In this document: in pieces, positions 41,849 to 51,882 of the stretch
Position numbering within the stretch: the first letter of the stretch is position 1
Layout of the letters: each line of letters opens with the position of its first letter
Virus record (IMG/VR): IMGVR_UViG_3300020043_007152
Span: 1 to 57,793 of that record
Source: a virus
Lineage: Duplodnaviria > Caudoviricetes
Length of the DNA stretch: 57,793 nt
Strand: one strand, 5' to 3'
Notes under the pieces: generated by a model
Seen by the model: the letters and a program-made list of their open reading frames with translations, nothing else
Databases searched by the model: none
What the model was told of the DNA's origin: nothing
Program-made: the position numbers and the translations under genes

Positions 41849-44117
41849 TGGCCTCCAGCATGGGCTTGGCATTCTCAATGCCCATTGCGTTGAGTTGGTC
41901 CACCCACATATCCACGGTGGCAGCCATTGTGCCGGACGAGAGAGGCAGGAACTGCGCGTTGATGTCGGCAATGGCATTCCGGCGCGATTCCGTGATTTTC
42001 TCGTTCCACCAGGACGTGAGCAAAACACGCGCGGAGAGTTGAAGGTGTCGGATGTCGCGCTTATTGAGGGTGAACTGGCGGGCAACAGGGCCGTCGTGAA
42101 TGGCGAACACCTCGTCTTCGGGGACGGTCTTGAAGCAGACGACCACGAAGTCGCTGAGAGCGGCGGAGAGACCTTCCTTGAGGTTGGCCAGGGCGGCGGA
42201 GGTCATTTCATCGCCTGCCGCAGTGATACTGCGGATGCCGGTAGCCGTTTTCTGGCTGTCCATACCCGCCGCATTGGCGTCGTTCGCATTGGCGGTGCCG
42301 GATTCATTTACGGCGGACTGCGTGAGCATCTGCATCATGTTGAGCAGGTCCGGGCTTTGGCCTTCGTAGAGTGGAACGCGCTGGATGATGTCCTCCGGCT
42401 TGTATTGGCCAATGGGCGTGTAGGTAACGGAAGGGTCCAGTTGCAGGGAAGGATTCCGCTCGCCCTGTAAAGTGCGGTCGGGACGCCAAAATGTGACAAA
42501 TCCCGCACTGCTGAGAACAACTGCCGCCCGGTTTAGGTAGAGGTCAATCAGATTGTCCGCGTGCTCGAAGCGTTCCATTTCACCCTGGCCGAACCATCGC
42601 CCGTTGACCGGATTGGGGCAAACAACCGTGTAGGGGCGCTTTTTCGTAGGGCTGGAGGCAGCGGTGTAGTTGTAGTGGATGGGGAGCCATGTCCGGGTAT
42701 CAATGAGGCAGTAAATGTCCGATGTGATTCCGGTGTTCTTGGGGTCGCAGCGGATATAGACGTGCGCCACAGTCAGGCGCGTTCTGTCAGCGATGCCGAA
42801 AGTGTCGTCGTGGAGTTCGCCGAGTTCCCGGCGCGGACGGTCAACATCGGCCCCGTGCTCCAAATCGTTGCTGGAATGCGCCTGAATCGCACTGTTGAGA
42901 ATCTCCGCAGCGGTGGCAATGGTGTCCGGTCGCGCGTTCTCCGCATACTGGCCCGCAAGAGCGGTGATGTCCAACGCCTCCAGGTGGGCAATGCAGATGG
43001 CTTCCTCGATGCTGGGAGCGCCGAGAGGGCACATGAAATCTCGCCAGAAGACCAGAGAAGCCTTTGAACCTTCGTAGTGCGTGTGGCGCTTAGGCCAGAC
43101 GCCCGCGCGGTATTTGTTCGCCGGGATGGGCATCATATCGTGAGCAGGGCTGATGATCTCCCACGAAATGATAGGCGCGCCCTTTTCGTCCACGCCGGTT
43201 TGTCGGCCTTTGCGGGTGGTGCCGGGGTGCCGGGCAAGGGATTCGGTGAGAACTGAGGCGTCCACACCGGCGGAGAGGGGCGCGGCCATGTCGTCCGGTG
43301 TGGCCTCTGCCATGTCCTGAACATCCGCGGGCGTCACTTCCTGAGTCGGCATCCAAACGTCATCGGGCGTGATGTAGTCCCAATCGCCAGCGAGCACCGG
43401 TTTCTCGCCGAAGTCATCGCAGAGCACTTCCTGAAATTCCTCATACACGTCTTCATCCTTCACGGCGCGGGTGTGAATGATTGCTTCCCCAATGACGCAG
43501 GCGCGCGTGATAGCCTGCTGGTATTCTGAATTGCTCCTGCTGTTGTGCGCCATCGTTTCGGCGACCACTTGTAGTTGAGCGACGAATTCCCGTTCCCGGA
43601 TAGGCAGGGCGTCAATCTGGAAGTATGGGGCGGCGTCGAAAATGGCACGGCGGAAACGTGCCGCGCGCTGTCCAGCAATGCGCCTGGCCGTGGAAAGGGT
43701 AAGATTTGACTTCTCAAACACGGTTTTAGGGCGTGCTCGATGCTGGCGGCGGTTCTCAAAGTCCATTTCATACCGCTGGCGCTTACCCATGAATGAGTTC
43801 TCCGCCACCCGCACCTGTTCTACGGACAGATTGCCGTTGGCGGAATACCATTCGGCCCCGACTTGTGCATTTGTCGTGTCGGTGAGGCTCCGCCCAAGCT
43901 CCCGGTCCATTTTCGACATTTCATCCTGAATGAGCTTCACCAGCCGGGCCTCCTGTTGCTCTGTGAGCACAAGATTAGGCGTAGGGAAGGCGACTTTTGG
44001 CTTTCCTTGCTGCCGGGGCTTCTTTTGAGCGGCTTCGCGGACTCGGGCGATGGTGGAATTGCGCGCTTCCTCGTTGTTTTCGATGCGCATCTTGTCTTTA
44101 GGAGGTGTCTTTTTCAT
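41775..44117 (-). CDS. Portal protein (P22-like, probable)
   Basis: 780 aa; RACVIGEAI, FWRDF, PVNGRWFGQG, ESG...AAG...TATGI, Q-rich tail. Confidence 0.75.
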   Translation of the reverse strand: MKKTPPKDKMRIENNEEARNSTIARVREAAQKKPRQQGKPKVAFPTPNLVLTEQQEARLVKLIQDEMSKMDRELGRSLTDTTNAQVGAEWYSANGNLSVEQVRVAENSFMGKRQRYEMDFENRRQHRARPKTVFEKSNLTLSTARRIAGQRAARFRRAIFDAAPYFQIDALPIREREFVAQLQVVAETMAHNSRSNSEYQQAITRACVIGEAIIHTRAVKDEDVYEEFQEVLCDDFGEKPVLAGDWDYITPDDVWMPTQEVTPADVQDMAEATPDDMAAPLSAGVDASVLTESLARHPGTTRKGRQTGVDEKGAPIISWEIISPAHDMMPIPANKYRAGVWPKRHTHYEGSKASLVFWRDFMCPLGAPSIEEAICIAHLEALDITALAGQYAENARPDTIATAAEILNSAIQAHSSNDLEHGADVDRPRRELGELHDDTFGIADRTRLTVAHVYIRCDPKNTGITSDIYCLIDTRTWLPIHYNYTAASSPTKKRPYTVVCPNPVNGRWFGQGEMERFEHADNLIDLYLNRAAVVLSSAGFVTFWRPDRTLQGERNPSLQLDPSVTYTPIGQYKPEDIIQRVPLYEGQSPDLLNMMQMLTQSAVNESGTANANDANAAGMDSQKTATGIRSITAAGDEMTSAALANLKEGLSAALSDFVVVCFKTVPEDEVFAIHDGPVARQFTLNKRDIRHLQLSARVLLTSWWNEKITESRRNAIADINAQFLPLSSGTMAATVDMWVDQLNAMGIENAKPMLEAIIADKQMQEQQMALAAQAQPASAA

Positions 44118-44132
44118 GGGCGATGGGAGGGT

Positions 44133-44891
44133 TTAGGCGGGAGTTGTAAGGAAGATCATATCAACAGGCGTGCCGCTGTTGCAGACGGTGAGTTCGTCAG
44201 TCTCGCCCGCAATATCCAGAGTGGATGTGAGGCTGGTAACGGTCGGAGTGTCAATTTCGCCGTCGCGGTGCTGCCGGATGGTCAAAGTGCCGTCCGTGAT
44301 GGTTGTTGTCGCGATTTTGATATAGCAGAGGGCTTCCGTGTTGGAAGGCGTGCCGGTTTGAACGACAACTGTCCCGGCGGTGGCGTGCCAGACCGTCAGC
44401 ACGGTTCTGCCTGAGACAGTGAGAAGGGCCGCGGCAGGGTCGGCGCTGCCCTCAGTGGTCGGCTCGCGGGTGACGGGTGTCTTCGTGATTGTGAGCTTAA
44501 GATACACCTTGGAGCCGTCCGACACGTCAAATTCGCCTCCATCAACTGCGTTGGACTCCATGAGCGCGGTAAGCGTTGGATTCGCCGCCTCAATGCCTTC
44601 GACATTCGGCGCAGTAAAACTGCCGTCTGCAACACGGACGCGGAAATTCTCCCCATCAGAAATGTTCGTGACGGTGAAATACTTTTCCGAGGCGGCGGCA
44701 TTTCCAGGCACAAGGTTTGCCGCAAGGATTTGCGCCCGGGTGCCGTCGTCCAGTTCCAGGGTGACAATTTCAAACTGCCGCAGCAGATCGCATACAAACT
44801 TCGCGCCGTCGTTGGCTTCGCTGGCAAGCTCAAGGAGCGACTGCGGGTCGGTTCTGCGGCTGCCGTTGTGTAAGAAGGATCGAACAATCAT
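44133..44891 (-). CDS. Hypothetical, probably structural protein
   Basis: T-rich beta-type ORF directly upstream of portal. Confidence 0.65.
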   Translation of the reverse strand: MIVRSFLHNGSRRTDPQSLLELASEANDGAKFVCDLLRQFEIVTLELDDGTRAQILAANLVPGNAAASEKYFTVTNISDGENFRVRVADGSFTAPNVEGIEAANPTLTALMESNAVDGGEFDVSDGSKVYLKLTITKTPVTREPTTEGSADPAAALLTVSGRTVLTVWHATAGTVVVQTGTPSNTEALCYIKIATTTITDGTLTIRQHRDGEIDTPTVTSLTSTLDIAGETDELTVCNSGTPVDMIFLTTPA

Positions 44892-44945
44892 GTTGACAGT
44901 CAGTTCTGAAAGTTGAGAATTAAACCGAACCTGACCAGTTTCGCA

Positions 44946-46121
44946 ATGACCATTCCAGCAACTTCTCCGCAACCGGCTTCTCCGGCTCCCGCTCCTGTGT
45001 CCCACGACCCGCGCCCCGTTATTCCTGAGGGAGACTACCCGACTTCCGGGATTTATGCGGTGGACACTATTTCCGACCCGGCAGCATTGAGGGCGGCTCT
45101 TCTTGCTGATGCGGGGTCCAACGGGCAGCCGCAGTATGAGGCCGATCAGGTATTAATGCCCACGGAGAGCGGAATGTATCGCGTGCCGACAGAACCGGCG
45201 AGAGCGACGCTTTCGGAACAGCCGGTTCCTTCTCCAGAGCCGACGCCGGAGCCAGCGCCCGCGCCAAAAGCACCGGAGCCTCCCGTGGTGGATGACGAGG
45301 TGGCCATGCCGGACATCCGCGAGGCCGCAAAACAGCTTGTTGTCGAAGGGAAGCGCGTTCGTTTGACCGGTCTCCCGGCAGAACTCGCAGAGGAAATCCT
45401 GCGCGCCAAATCCGACCCTGCTGCTGCCGCTTCCATGCTTTCCCGGCTCAAAGGCCAGGCTCAAGAGTCACCCGCCCCCGCTGCGGAGCCGGACCCCGTA
45501 GCAACTGCGCCCGCATCGCCAACGCCAGACGACATTCTGGCGCAGATGGATGAAATCACCAGCAAAATTGCCGAGGCCGACCCCTACGACGCCGAGGCCA
45601 TCCGCGATTTGCAGGCCGAAATGGCTAAAGCGCAGGTCCAATACGCCAAAGCGATGTCCGCACCGGCTCCGGCCAAGCCCGTCCCCGCTCCTGAGGCAGA
45701 AGAAGCACCTGCAACGCCCGAACAAATGGCCTACACCGCGGCATTTGACGCCGACGAGGCCAGCGTTCGCCGTTTCGTTCCCGAAGCATTCGACGAATCC
45801 AGCCCGGTGCGGCAGACGATGAACGCGATTCACCGCGAAATGACCGCCAGCGCAAACCCGGCGGACAAGGCTGCGCTGGAATCTCCGCAGATTACTTCTT
45901 TACTCGCCGAAAAGGCTCTTGCACGACTCGCAGAACTGCAACAGACTCCAGGGCAAGTGCCGGGGCTGCGAGTTGCCCCCGGCCCGTCAGGAACTCAAGC
46001 AACCAGCGCGCAGCCCAGGGTGGAAGCCCGGACGCCCGCAACGGTCTTCGAGCTTAACGAGCAACTCATTCAGGAAGGTCTTTCTCCAGCCGAAATCCGC
46101 GCGGCAATCCTGCGCGGGTAA
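44946..46121 (+). CDS. Putative capsid scaffolding protein
   Basis: A/P/E-rich; immediately upstream of capsid gene. Confidence 0.65.
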   Translation: MTIPATSPQPASPAPAPVSHDPRPVIPEGDYPTSGIYAVDTISDPAALRAALLADAGSNGQPQYEADQVLMPTESGMYRVPTEPARATLSEQPVPSPEPTPEPAPAPKAPEPPVVDDEVAMPDIREAAKQLVVEGKRVRLTGLPAELAEEILRAKSDPAAAASMLSRLKGQAQESPAPAAEPDPVATAPASPTPDDILAQMDEITSKIAEADPYDAEAIRDLQAEMAKAQVQYAKAMSAPAPAKPVPAPEAEEAPATPEQMAYTAAFDADEASVRRFVPEAFDESSPVRQTMNAIHREMTASANPADKAALESPQITSLLAEKALARLAELQQTPGQVPGLRVAPGPSGTQATSAQPRVEARTPATVFELNEQLIQEGLSPAEIRAAILRG

Positions 46122-46329
46122 TCAACAAGGCCAGTCAGTGACGTTCAGGGCGGATAGTCCGGGCATCGCACAGGCATAAAGGCAGCCAAGAGAGGCCAGC
46201 CAACACGGACATTACGTCCGCTGGGTTCCCGTCATGGGCCTGCGTGCCGTCGTGTCCTCACCCCGCATAGTTTCCGCGGACAGCGGAGCCGTGCATCAAA
46301 CCCAACAAACCAACCTCTCTACAAGCACT

Positions 46330-47994
46330 ATGGCTGTTACATCTACATTCATCCCCCACGGCACCCACCCGACGCAAGTCGCCGGGCAACTCGGAAACCT
46401 CACTAAGCCAGAAAAGTGGCAGCTTATGGCTGCCACCGGCATTGACGAAGTTGACTCTCTCGGCGCTCTCGAAGGGAACGACGACAAAGCGTTCGTCTGC
46501 ACTACCGTCAATCTCGGCGCATCCGAAGGAACCATTGTTCAAATGCGCACACGCTCCGGCTTCGCCAATGAGGGCGTCCGCGGCGTCGCCAACTTCACCG
46601 TCAACGCGCAGTTCGAGCAAATGAAGTTCGGGCAATATGGCGTTTTGGTCGGCAAACACCGCCACGCATCTTCCACCAACGACGCGATTTCGACTGAAAT
46701 GCTCATCGAACGCGAATTGAAAGACGGGTCCGCCGTCGAAGAAGGCAAATGGTGCGGTCGCCGGGCATTCGAGAACGGCGCGATGACGATGCGCGAGCGC
46801 ATTCCTGCTGCCGGAAAGATCGGCGTCAACGGACGCGACTGGAACTACATCCGCAGCACCGATACGCTCGGCTTCAACGCCGTTGTGATGGCCAACGCTC
46901 AAGTGAAGCTCTACGGTGGCGCTCTCGGCGACATTTCCCGTGCAGTAGGCTCGAAAAAGCAGTGGCTCATGAAAAACCTCTGCCTCGCCCCTACCGACGT
47001 TCTGACTGGCATCCAGCTTGACCCTCTGTATCAGGCCGCCGCTGCGCAGGCACAGGAACGAGGCGCAAGCAATCCGCTGTGGAGTCAGGAGACCGTCATG
47101 GTGAAGAACACCGCATTCATGGAGCACCTGAGCGTGCTTGGCGACATTGACGGCCCGAAAGGCTCCGTTCTTGCCCCCGAAGGCGTGTTGAATACCCGCG
47201 TTCAGGCGGGCACCGGCGTTATTGACATTCTGTTCGGCAACGTAGGCGGCACCCCTGACGAGTATGTGTATTACTCGAAGTGGTTCCCTGGCTACAATTA
47301 CATCTTCAACGAATACGGTGGACCCGCTTCTGCCGCAGGCGCTGGACAAGACACGCTCGGCAGCCCGCAGAGCACTACCAGCCAGTATCTGCCGGACTTC
47401 ATCCACGGCAGCGCAGGCACCACGGAAAACATTGCCACCGGTGGCGAACACTACCTGATGATCCTCAATCCGCCTTACACCGGAGCGAACGGAGAGCCCG
47501 CCAACGCCATCGGGTACTACTCCTACACCGTCGGAAACGACGGAAAGAAGATCACCATCACAGGCCGTCTCGGTTCCGCCACTGGAGGTTCTTCTGGTGC
47601 ATATCGTGGCCGCGTGACCGAACTCATGAGCAGCGGCGCGCCCGGATACGACGCCGCCAAAACGGTATCGTGGGGCGCGAGCAACGAATGGGGCGGCGTC
47701 CAACTCACGGACGTGCATCCAGCCGGAGCGCGCATCTTCCCCTGCAATGGTCGCGGCGTGCCTATGGCATGGGCGGCGTTCATGGGCAACAACGCGCTCT
47801 ACCGCGTATGGGGCAAGGCCAAGTGCAAACGCGGCACCGAGAACATCGAAGTGGACCACGGCCAGCGCATGTTCACCAGCATGTGGATCGGCCACCGCGT
47901 CCGCGTGAACCGCGAAGGCAACCCCGCTGCGCTCGCGATGGTGCACTGCGCCCGATACATCCCCGGACGCACGACCCCCAACGTTCTCAATTAA
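46330..47994 (+). CDS. Major capsid protein (N4 gp56/DUF4043-like, probable)
   Basis: NLGASEGTIVQM, RHAS, IQLDPLYQAAAAQAQERGASNPLW; followed by terminator. Confidence 0.7.
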   Translation: MAVTSTFIPHGTHPTQVAGQLGNLTKPEKWQLMAATGIDEVDSLGALEGNDDKAFVCTTVNLGASEGTIVQMRTRSGFANEGVRGVANFTVNAQFEQMKFGQYGVLVGKHRHASSTNDAISTEMLIERELKDGSAVEEGKWCGRRAFENGAMTMRERIPAAGKIGVNGRDWNYIRSTDTLGFNAVVMANAQVKLYGGALGDISRAVGSKKQWLMKNLCLAPTDVLTGIQLDPLYQAAAAQAQERGASNPLWSQETVMVKNTAFMEHLSVLGDIDGPKGSVLAPEGVLNTRVQAGTGVIDILFGNVGGTPDEYVYYSKWFPGYNYIFNEYGGPASAAGAGQDTLGSPQSTTSQYLPDFIHGSAGTTENIATGGEHYLMILNPPYTGANGEPANAIGYYSYTVGNDGKKITITGRLGSATGGSSGAYRGRVTELMSSGAPGYDAAKTVSWGASNEWGGVQLTDVHPAGARIFPCNGRGVPMAWAAFMGNNALYRVWGKAKCKRGTENIEVDHGQRMFTSMWIGHRVRVNREGNPAALAMVHCARYIPGRTTPNVLN

Positions 47995-48006
47995 TAACCC
48001 CCAACC

Positions 48007-48046
48007 GGGGCGGAGTTCGGGAAACCGGCTCCGCCCCAAACTTTTT
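48007..48046 (+). terminator. Rho-independent terminator
   Basis: GGGGCGGAGTTCGG-GAAA-CCGGCTCCGCCCC...TTTTT. Confidence 0.75.
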
Positions 48047-48060
48047 CTCCTCTCCTTCTT

Positions 48061-48465
48061 ATGATCTCCAACGAAATTATCGCGGAAATCCTCAACTACG
48101 TTGGAAGCAACGACAATTCGCTGACCAGCTACGGCACCCATTATTACGCCCTCATGTCCGTTATTCCGGGCACCGGCGGCGGGGGAGTGGAGGCGTCTGG
48201 CGTAAGCCGGGTATCGGTGACGAACAACACCACGAATTACCCGACAGTGACCGCCGGCCAAAATGCCAAGTGGCTCCAGGCCGCGGTTCAATGGACCTCC
48301 ATTCCTGTGGGAACGTGGAAAGGCTTCGCCATCTACTCCGCATCCAGTGGAGGCACGCTGATTGGCTTTGCGGCCTTCAATGAGGGAGACATTACGACCC
48401 TTTCCGGCGATTCCATTACGATGGCCGCTGGCAGTTCAGTGAAGTTTGAGATCGCAACCACGTAA
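48061..48465 (+). CDS. Virion structural protein
   Basis: EASG..SRVSV...GFAIYSASSGGTL. Confidence 0.7.
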   Translation: MISNEIIAEILNYVGSNDNSLTSYGTHYYALMSVIPGTGGGGVEASGVSRVSVTNNTTNYPTVTAGQNAKWLQAAVQWTSIPVGTWKGFAIYSASSGGTLIGFAAFNEGDITTLSGDSITMAAGSSVKFEIATT

Positions 48466-48470
48466 CCCTT

Positions 48471-50114
48471 ATGGCCGATTACGCTGCATCGGGCACTATG
48501 GGTATTCCGTTCATGTCCACTACGGAACATGCAGCGGACGGCCTGTTGAGTCTTCGGTTTGCCATTACAGGATCGTCCCGGAATCCCGGGGCGTTCCGTA
48601 GCGGACTTCCGGTTGCTCTGAGGGCGTTCTGGAGTGCCAGCGCCAAGCTGGCGACGGTGCATCAGGCTACAGGAGTTGTCTCCGTCAGTGTAGCGGTAAG
48701 CGGTTCGCGCCGGAAGTCCGCGCCAACAGGAGGGATAGGCGTCCCGGGAGTCTTCCGGGATGCCCTGCGACTGTGGGGCTCATGCTGCGAAGACGATGGA
48801 TTGCCGGACGAATGTGTGCGCGAGGAAGCCGTCAACTGCATCAACGCGGCGCTCCAGCACATCTACGCGCAGGCCACCGTAATGCCGTTCATCAGTCGCC
48901 GCCGCCAGTTCTACCGCTGCCCATCCGGCAGCCAGGAGGTGGCGCTCCCTTTCGAGGTCCAACAGGTAAAAGGCACCGGCCGTGAATACTACGTGGTGGA
49001 GTTCACGGCCACGTCCGAGGATGACCAGAGCCCCAGCACCCCCGTATCTCCTTTAGAGGCATTATGGGCTATGGAATGGAACACCGGAGACGTGATGGGC
49101 GTCAGCACGGCAACCAAACAGAGCTTTGACCGCTGGCTAAAGAGCACCGGAGCTACCTATGGGTGGATGGTGAGCGTATCCGATAACGCATGGCGCTTCA
49201 CGCTTCTCTTTGAAACCCTTCCGACATTCGACGGAGAGACGCCGGTATCATTCTACGGGAACAACGACGGCGGAACGACCGCATCCGTGGACATTCTCGG
49301 CCAAACGCGATGGATGGAGCCCGTAGGCAGCGAACAGGCCGTGGTGGATCATTCGGCCCTCTACGGAACCGGTTCACGCGCCTACTACATTTGGGGCGGC
49401 GACAGCAACCACAACCCGGGCGGTCTTTCGGGGGACATTGAGAGCGACCTGCCTCTTGTTCTGACCGGCTCATTGCACGCCGATGAAAACGTCACGCAAA
49501 TTCCCCTTTCAGGCGCAGGGACATACTGGTCCGGCACCGTAACAGCCATAGACGGGCCGGTCACACTCTGGCTTGTGAAGCGATTGGCAGACGGGAGCGG
49601 CGACTGGACGCCCGTGCAGGAATACACCGTGGACTACGATCCCGGCCCAAATGCGGGAGAGATCGAGTTTTCGTTCACCAGCGAGGAGGGATACTACTAC
49701 GGATTTGAGCCCACATCCGAAGGCGCTCCGACACCGGCGACTCTCACTGCCGTGAACAGCGAGACAATTGACCCGCTGAACGAAGACAGCGTGAAGGCGT
49801 GGGTGAAATTCAGCGAAGCCGCAGAGGAAACCATTGGGTTTAGCCTGGACGTGCAAATGGAGCCCGCCCGCTACAGCCTTGAGGACTACGACGGCGGGAA
49901 AGTTATTCCCTTCCCGAACGCCTACATCGAATCGGTCCTGCTGCCGGTGGTGCGCTGGTATGCGTCCAACAGCATCCGTTTTACCGCCCACGACCGCGCC
50001 GAAGCAATTGCGGTGCAGTATCAGGCGGCTATGAATATCATTCGGGGACTCGACCCTGCGCCGGTGGTGGTGCGGGAACGTGGCGAGCCTGACAACCCAT
50101 CACAGAAAGCATGA
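48471..50114 (+). CDS. Putative head-tail adaptor/tail protein with inserted domain
   Basis: AVNCINAALQHI N-part and SVLLPVVRW C-part; position in structural operon. Confidence 0.55.
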   Translation: MADYAASGTMGIPFMSTTEHAADGLLSLRFAITGSSRNPGAFRSGLPVALRAFWSASAKLATVHQATGVVSVSVAVSGSRRKSAPTGGIGVPGVFRDALRLWGSCCEDDGLPDECVREEAVNCINAALQHIYAQATVMPFISRRRQFYRCPSGSQEVALPFEVQQVKGTGREYYVVEFTATSEDDQSPSTPVSPLEALWAMEWNTGDVMGVSTATKQSFDRWLKSTGATYGWMVSVSDNAWRFTLLFETLPTFDGETPVSFYGNNDGGTTASVDILGQTRWMEPVGSEQAVVDHSALYGTGSRAYYIWGGDSNHNPGGLSGDIESDLPLVLTGSLHADENVTQIPLSGAGTYWSGTVTAIDGPVTLWLVKRLADGSGDWTPVQEYTVDYDPGPNAGEIEFSFTSEEGYYYGFEPTSEGAPTPATLTAVNSETIDPLNEDSVKAWVKFSEAAEETIGFSLDVQMEPARYSLEDYDGGKVIPFPNAYIESVLLPVVRWYASNSIRFTAHDRAEAIAVQYQAAMNIIRGLDPAPVVVRERGEPDNPSQKA

Positions 50115-50938
50115 CTGCCTTTCAACTATCCAATCGTCTCGCGCACTCCTGTCTGACAGTGCGCACCGTCGCCGAAATGGAGCCTGGTCATCTTCAGTTC
50201 ATCGGCGATGCCATCGTGTCGGGCGCGGGACAATACTTCGACAACACGCCGCAGAGGTTCAAGGAAAGGACATGGAAAGGGCGGTTCAATGTTCCTCTGG
50301 ATGGAACGGTATCGGTGACAAACGGCAGCGCCACCGTGACGGGCATGTCATTCCGCAACGGGGCCACTCTGAAAATCGAAGGCGAATTTTTCACCGTGAG
50401 CCAGACACAGGCGGGAACATGGGCGCTGGATGACGTGTGGGAGGGCACGACCGGAAGCAAAACGGCGACACTCGACCGGGACGTGGACAGCTTTTCATGG
50501 CTGTTCGACGGGTTCGCCGGGCCGGTCATGATAAGCAAGTCAGGAGACCCCGGCGAGCTTGAGATCACCGAATATGCCGCCGCAGATCGAGCGGACGAAA
50601 TCGGCTACGCCATCGAGGCGACCGAAACGGGAACGCTGATTCGCCTGCTGCCTAAACTCACCGCCGCATACAATGTGCGGGTGCGGGTAGCGGTCAAAGG
50701 ACTGACCCCGCCGACACTCGCCCAACTGAAAGCAGACGGCTACACCCTTCCCGTGGAGGAAGACCACGCCATCCGGTTCCTGCTGCCACTGTGCGCCGAA
50801 AAGCTCACCGGGCACCCGCTTTTCCGTCCCGAACGTGTGCAGGACGTTATCGCCCGCGCCGAAACCGCGCTCCAGCAACTTTCCCTTGTTCGACCCACCG
50901 TCAGCAACGCCAACAACCGCATCATCCCAGCCCGGTAA
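50111..50938 (+). CDS. Putative adaptor/tail protein
   Basis: GTVSVTNGSATVTG motif; FLLPLC. Confidence 0.6.
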   Translation: MTAFQLSNRLAHSCLTVRTVAEMEPGHLQFIGDAIVSGAGQYFDNTPQRFKERTWKGRFNVPLDGTVSVTNGSATVTGMSFRNGATLKIEGEFFTVSQTQAGTWALDDVWEGTTGSKTATLDRDVDSFSWLFDGFAGPVMISKSGDPGELEITEYAAADRADEIGYAIEATETGTLIRLLPKLTAAYNVRVRVAVKGLTPPTLAQLKADGYTLPVEEDHAIRFLLPLCAEKLTGHPLFRPERVQDVIARAETALQQLSLVRPTVSNANNRIIPAR

Positions 50939-50943
50939 CAGCC

Positions 50944-51249
50944 ATGCCTGAGACATTCATCCAACTTGAAGACCTCGACTCCTTTCTTGAAGACGCTATT
51001 CGCAAAATCAAGAAAGGCGGGATGGTTTGCGGCGCAAAGCCGCGAAGTGTGTCGCTTGTTGTGACAGTCATCGGGGGGAGCAAGACGTTGAATTTTGAAA
51101 CGGGCGCGGACGCAGTGGAGAACATCACGACCGACGTGGCGGTGACGCCGGACACCCGGACCAGCACCAGCACGCGAGGCGAGCAGCGCACCAACTCAGG
51201 AGGGCAAGAGCAGCGAAGCAATTCAACCCAGGAGGACAGCGGAGGATAA
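50944..51249 (+). CDS. Hypothetical protein
   Basis: In structural operon. Confidence 0.6.
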   Translation: MPETFIQLEDLDSFLEDAIRKIKKGGMVCGAKPRSVSLVVTVIGGSKTLNFETGADAVENITTDVAVTPDTRTSTSTRGEQRTNSGGQEQRSNSTQEDSGG

Positions 51250-51254
51250 AACCT

Positions 51255-51446
51255 ATGGCCAGAATCATTACCACCGAATCTACCACCAGCACGACGAACG
51301 GAGAAGGCTTTGCTGCGACGACAACCGACGAGCAGACCGAAGAGTCCCGCCGTGGTCAACAAAGGCGCACCGACAATCAGGGCGCGCAGAAAACATACAC
51401 CGCCGCCCGCATGGGCGCTCAACTCACCATCACCATCGAGCTATGA
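51255..51446 (+). CDS. Hypothetical protein
   Basis: In structural operon; ATGA overlap. Confidence 0.55.
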   Translation: MARIITTESTTSTTNGEGFAATTTDEQTEESRRGQQRRTDNQGAQKTYTAARMGAQLTITIEL

Positions 51447-51862
51447 ACATTCCGCCCCCCATTCTTCCAAATCACGTCTATCTGGACGCGCTGCATTTCG
51501 ATACAACCGACCCCTGGGTGATGCCAATTGGCGGCGCTGGTATTCGGTGGACGATAGCGCTGGCCGACTACGACCTGCCGAGCACCGGAACAATTCAGGT
51601 GCGCACCATTGCCGCGGCAACCGTAAGCGCATGGGTTCCGTATCTCACGCTGTCCGAAGCGCCGCCCATTTTCGACATCACCACGGGCGAGGGGCTTCAA
51701 TACGGCCTCGCCCTCGACGTTGCCCCCAACGATATTTCCTTCACTGCGTCCCCAGCATTCGTCAGCAAAGCCACCGGTGCCGTCATTGTGGACCGCACGA
51801 CGCACATTGACATCATCCAGGGAACAGAAACCGTTTCCGTTCCAAAAGTCGAAGTAACCTAA
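51443..51862 (+). CDS. Hypothetical structural protein
   Basis: In structural operon. Confidence 0.65.
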   Translation: MNIPPPILPNHVYLDALHFDTTDPWVMPIGGAGIRWTIALADYDLPSTGTIQVRTIAAATVSAWVPYLTLSEAPPIFDITTGEGLQYGLALDVAPNDISFTASPAFVSKATGAVIVDRTTHIDIIQGTETVSVPKVEVT

Positions 51863-51882
51863 GCCCTTTCCCTTCTCACCCC

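Noticed and set aside
46258-48291. 677-aa minus-strand ORF and similar long antisense ORFs (e.g. 22619..23728)
   Set aside because: Shadows of real genes in GC-rich DNA, with no recognisable motifs
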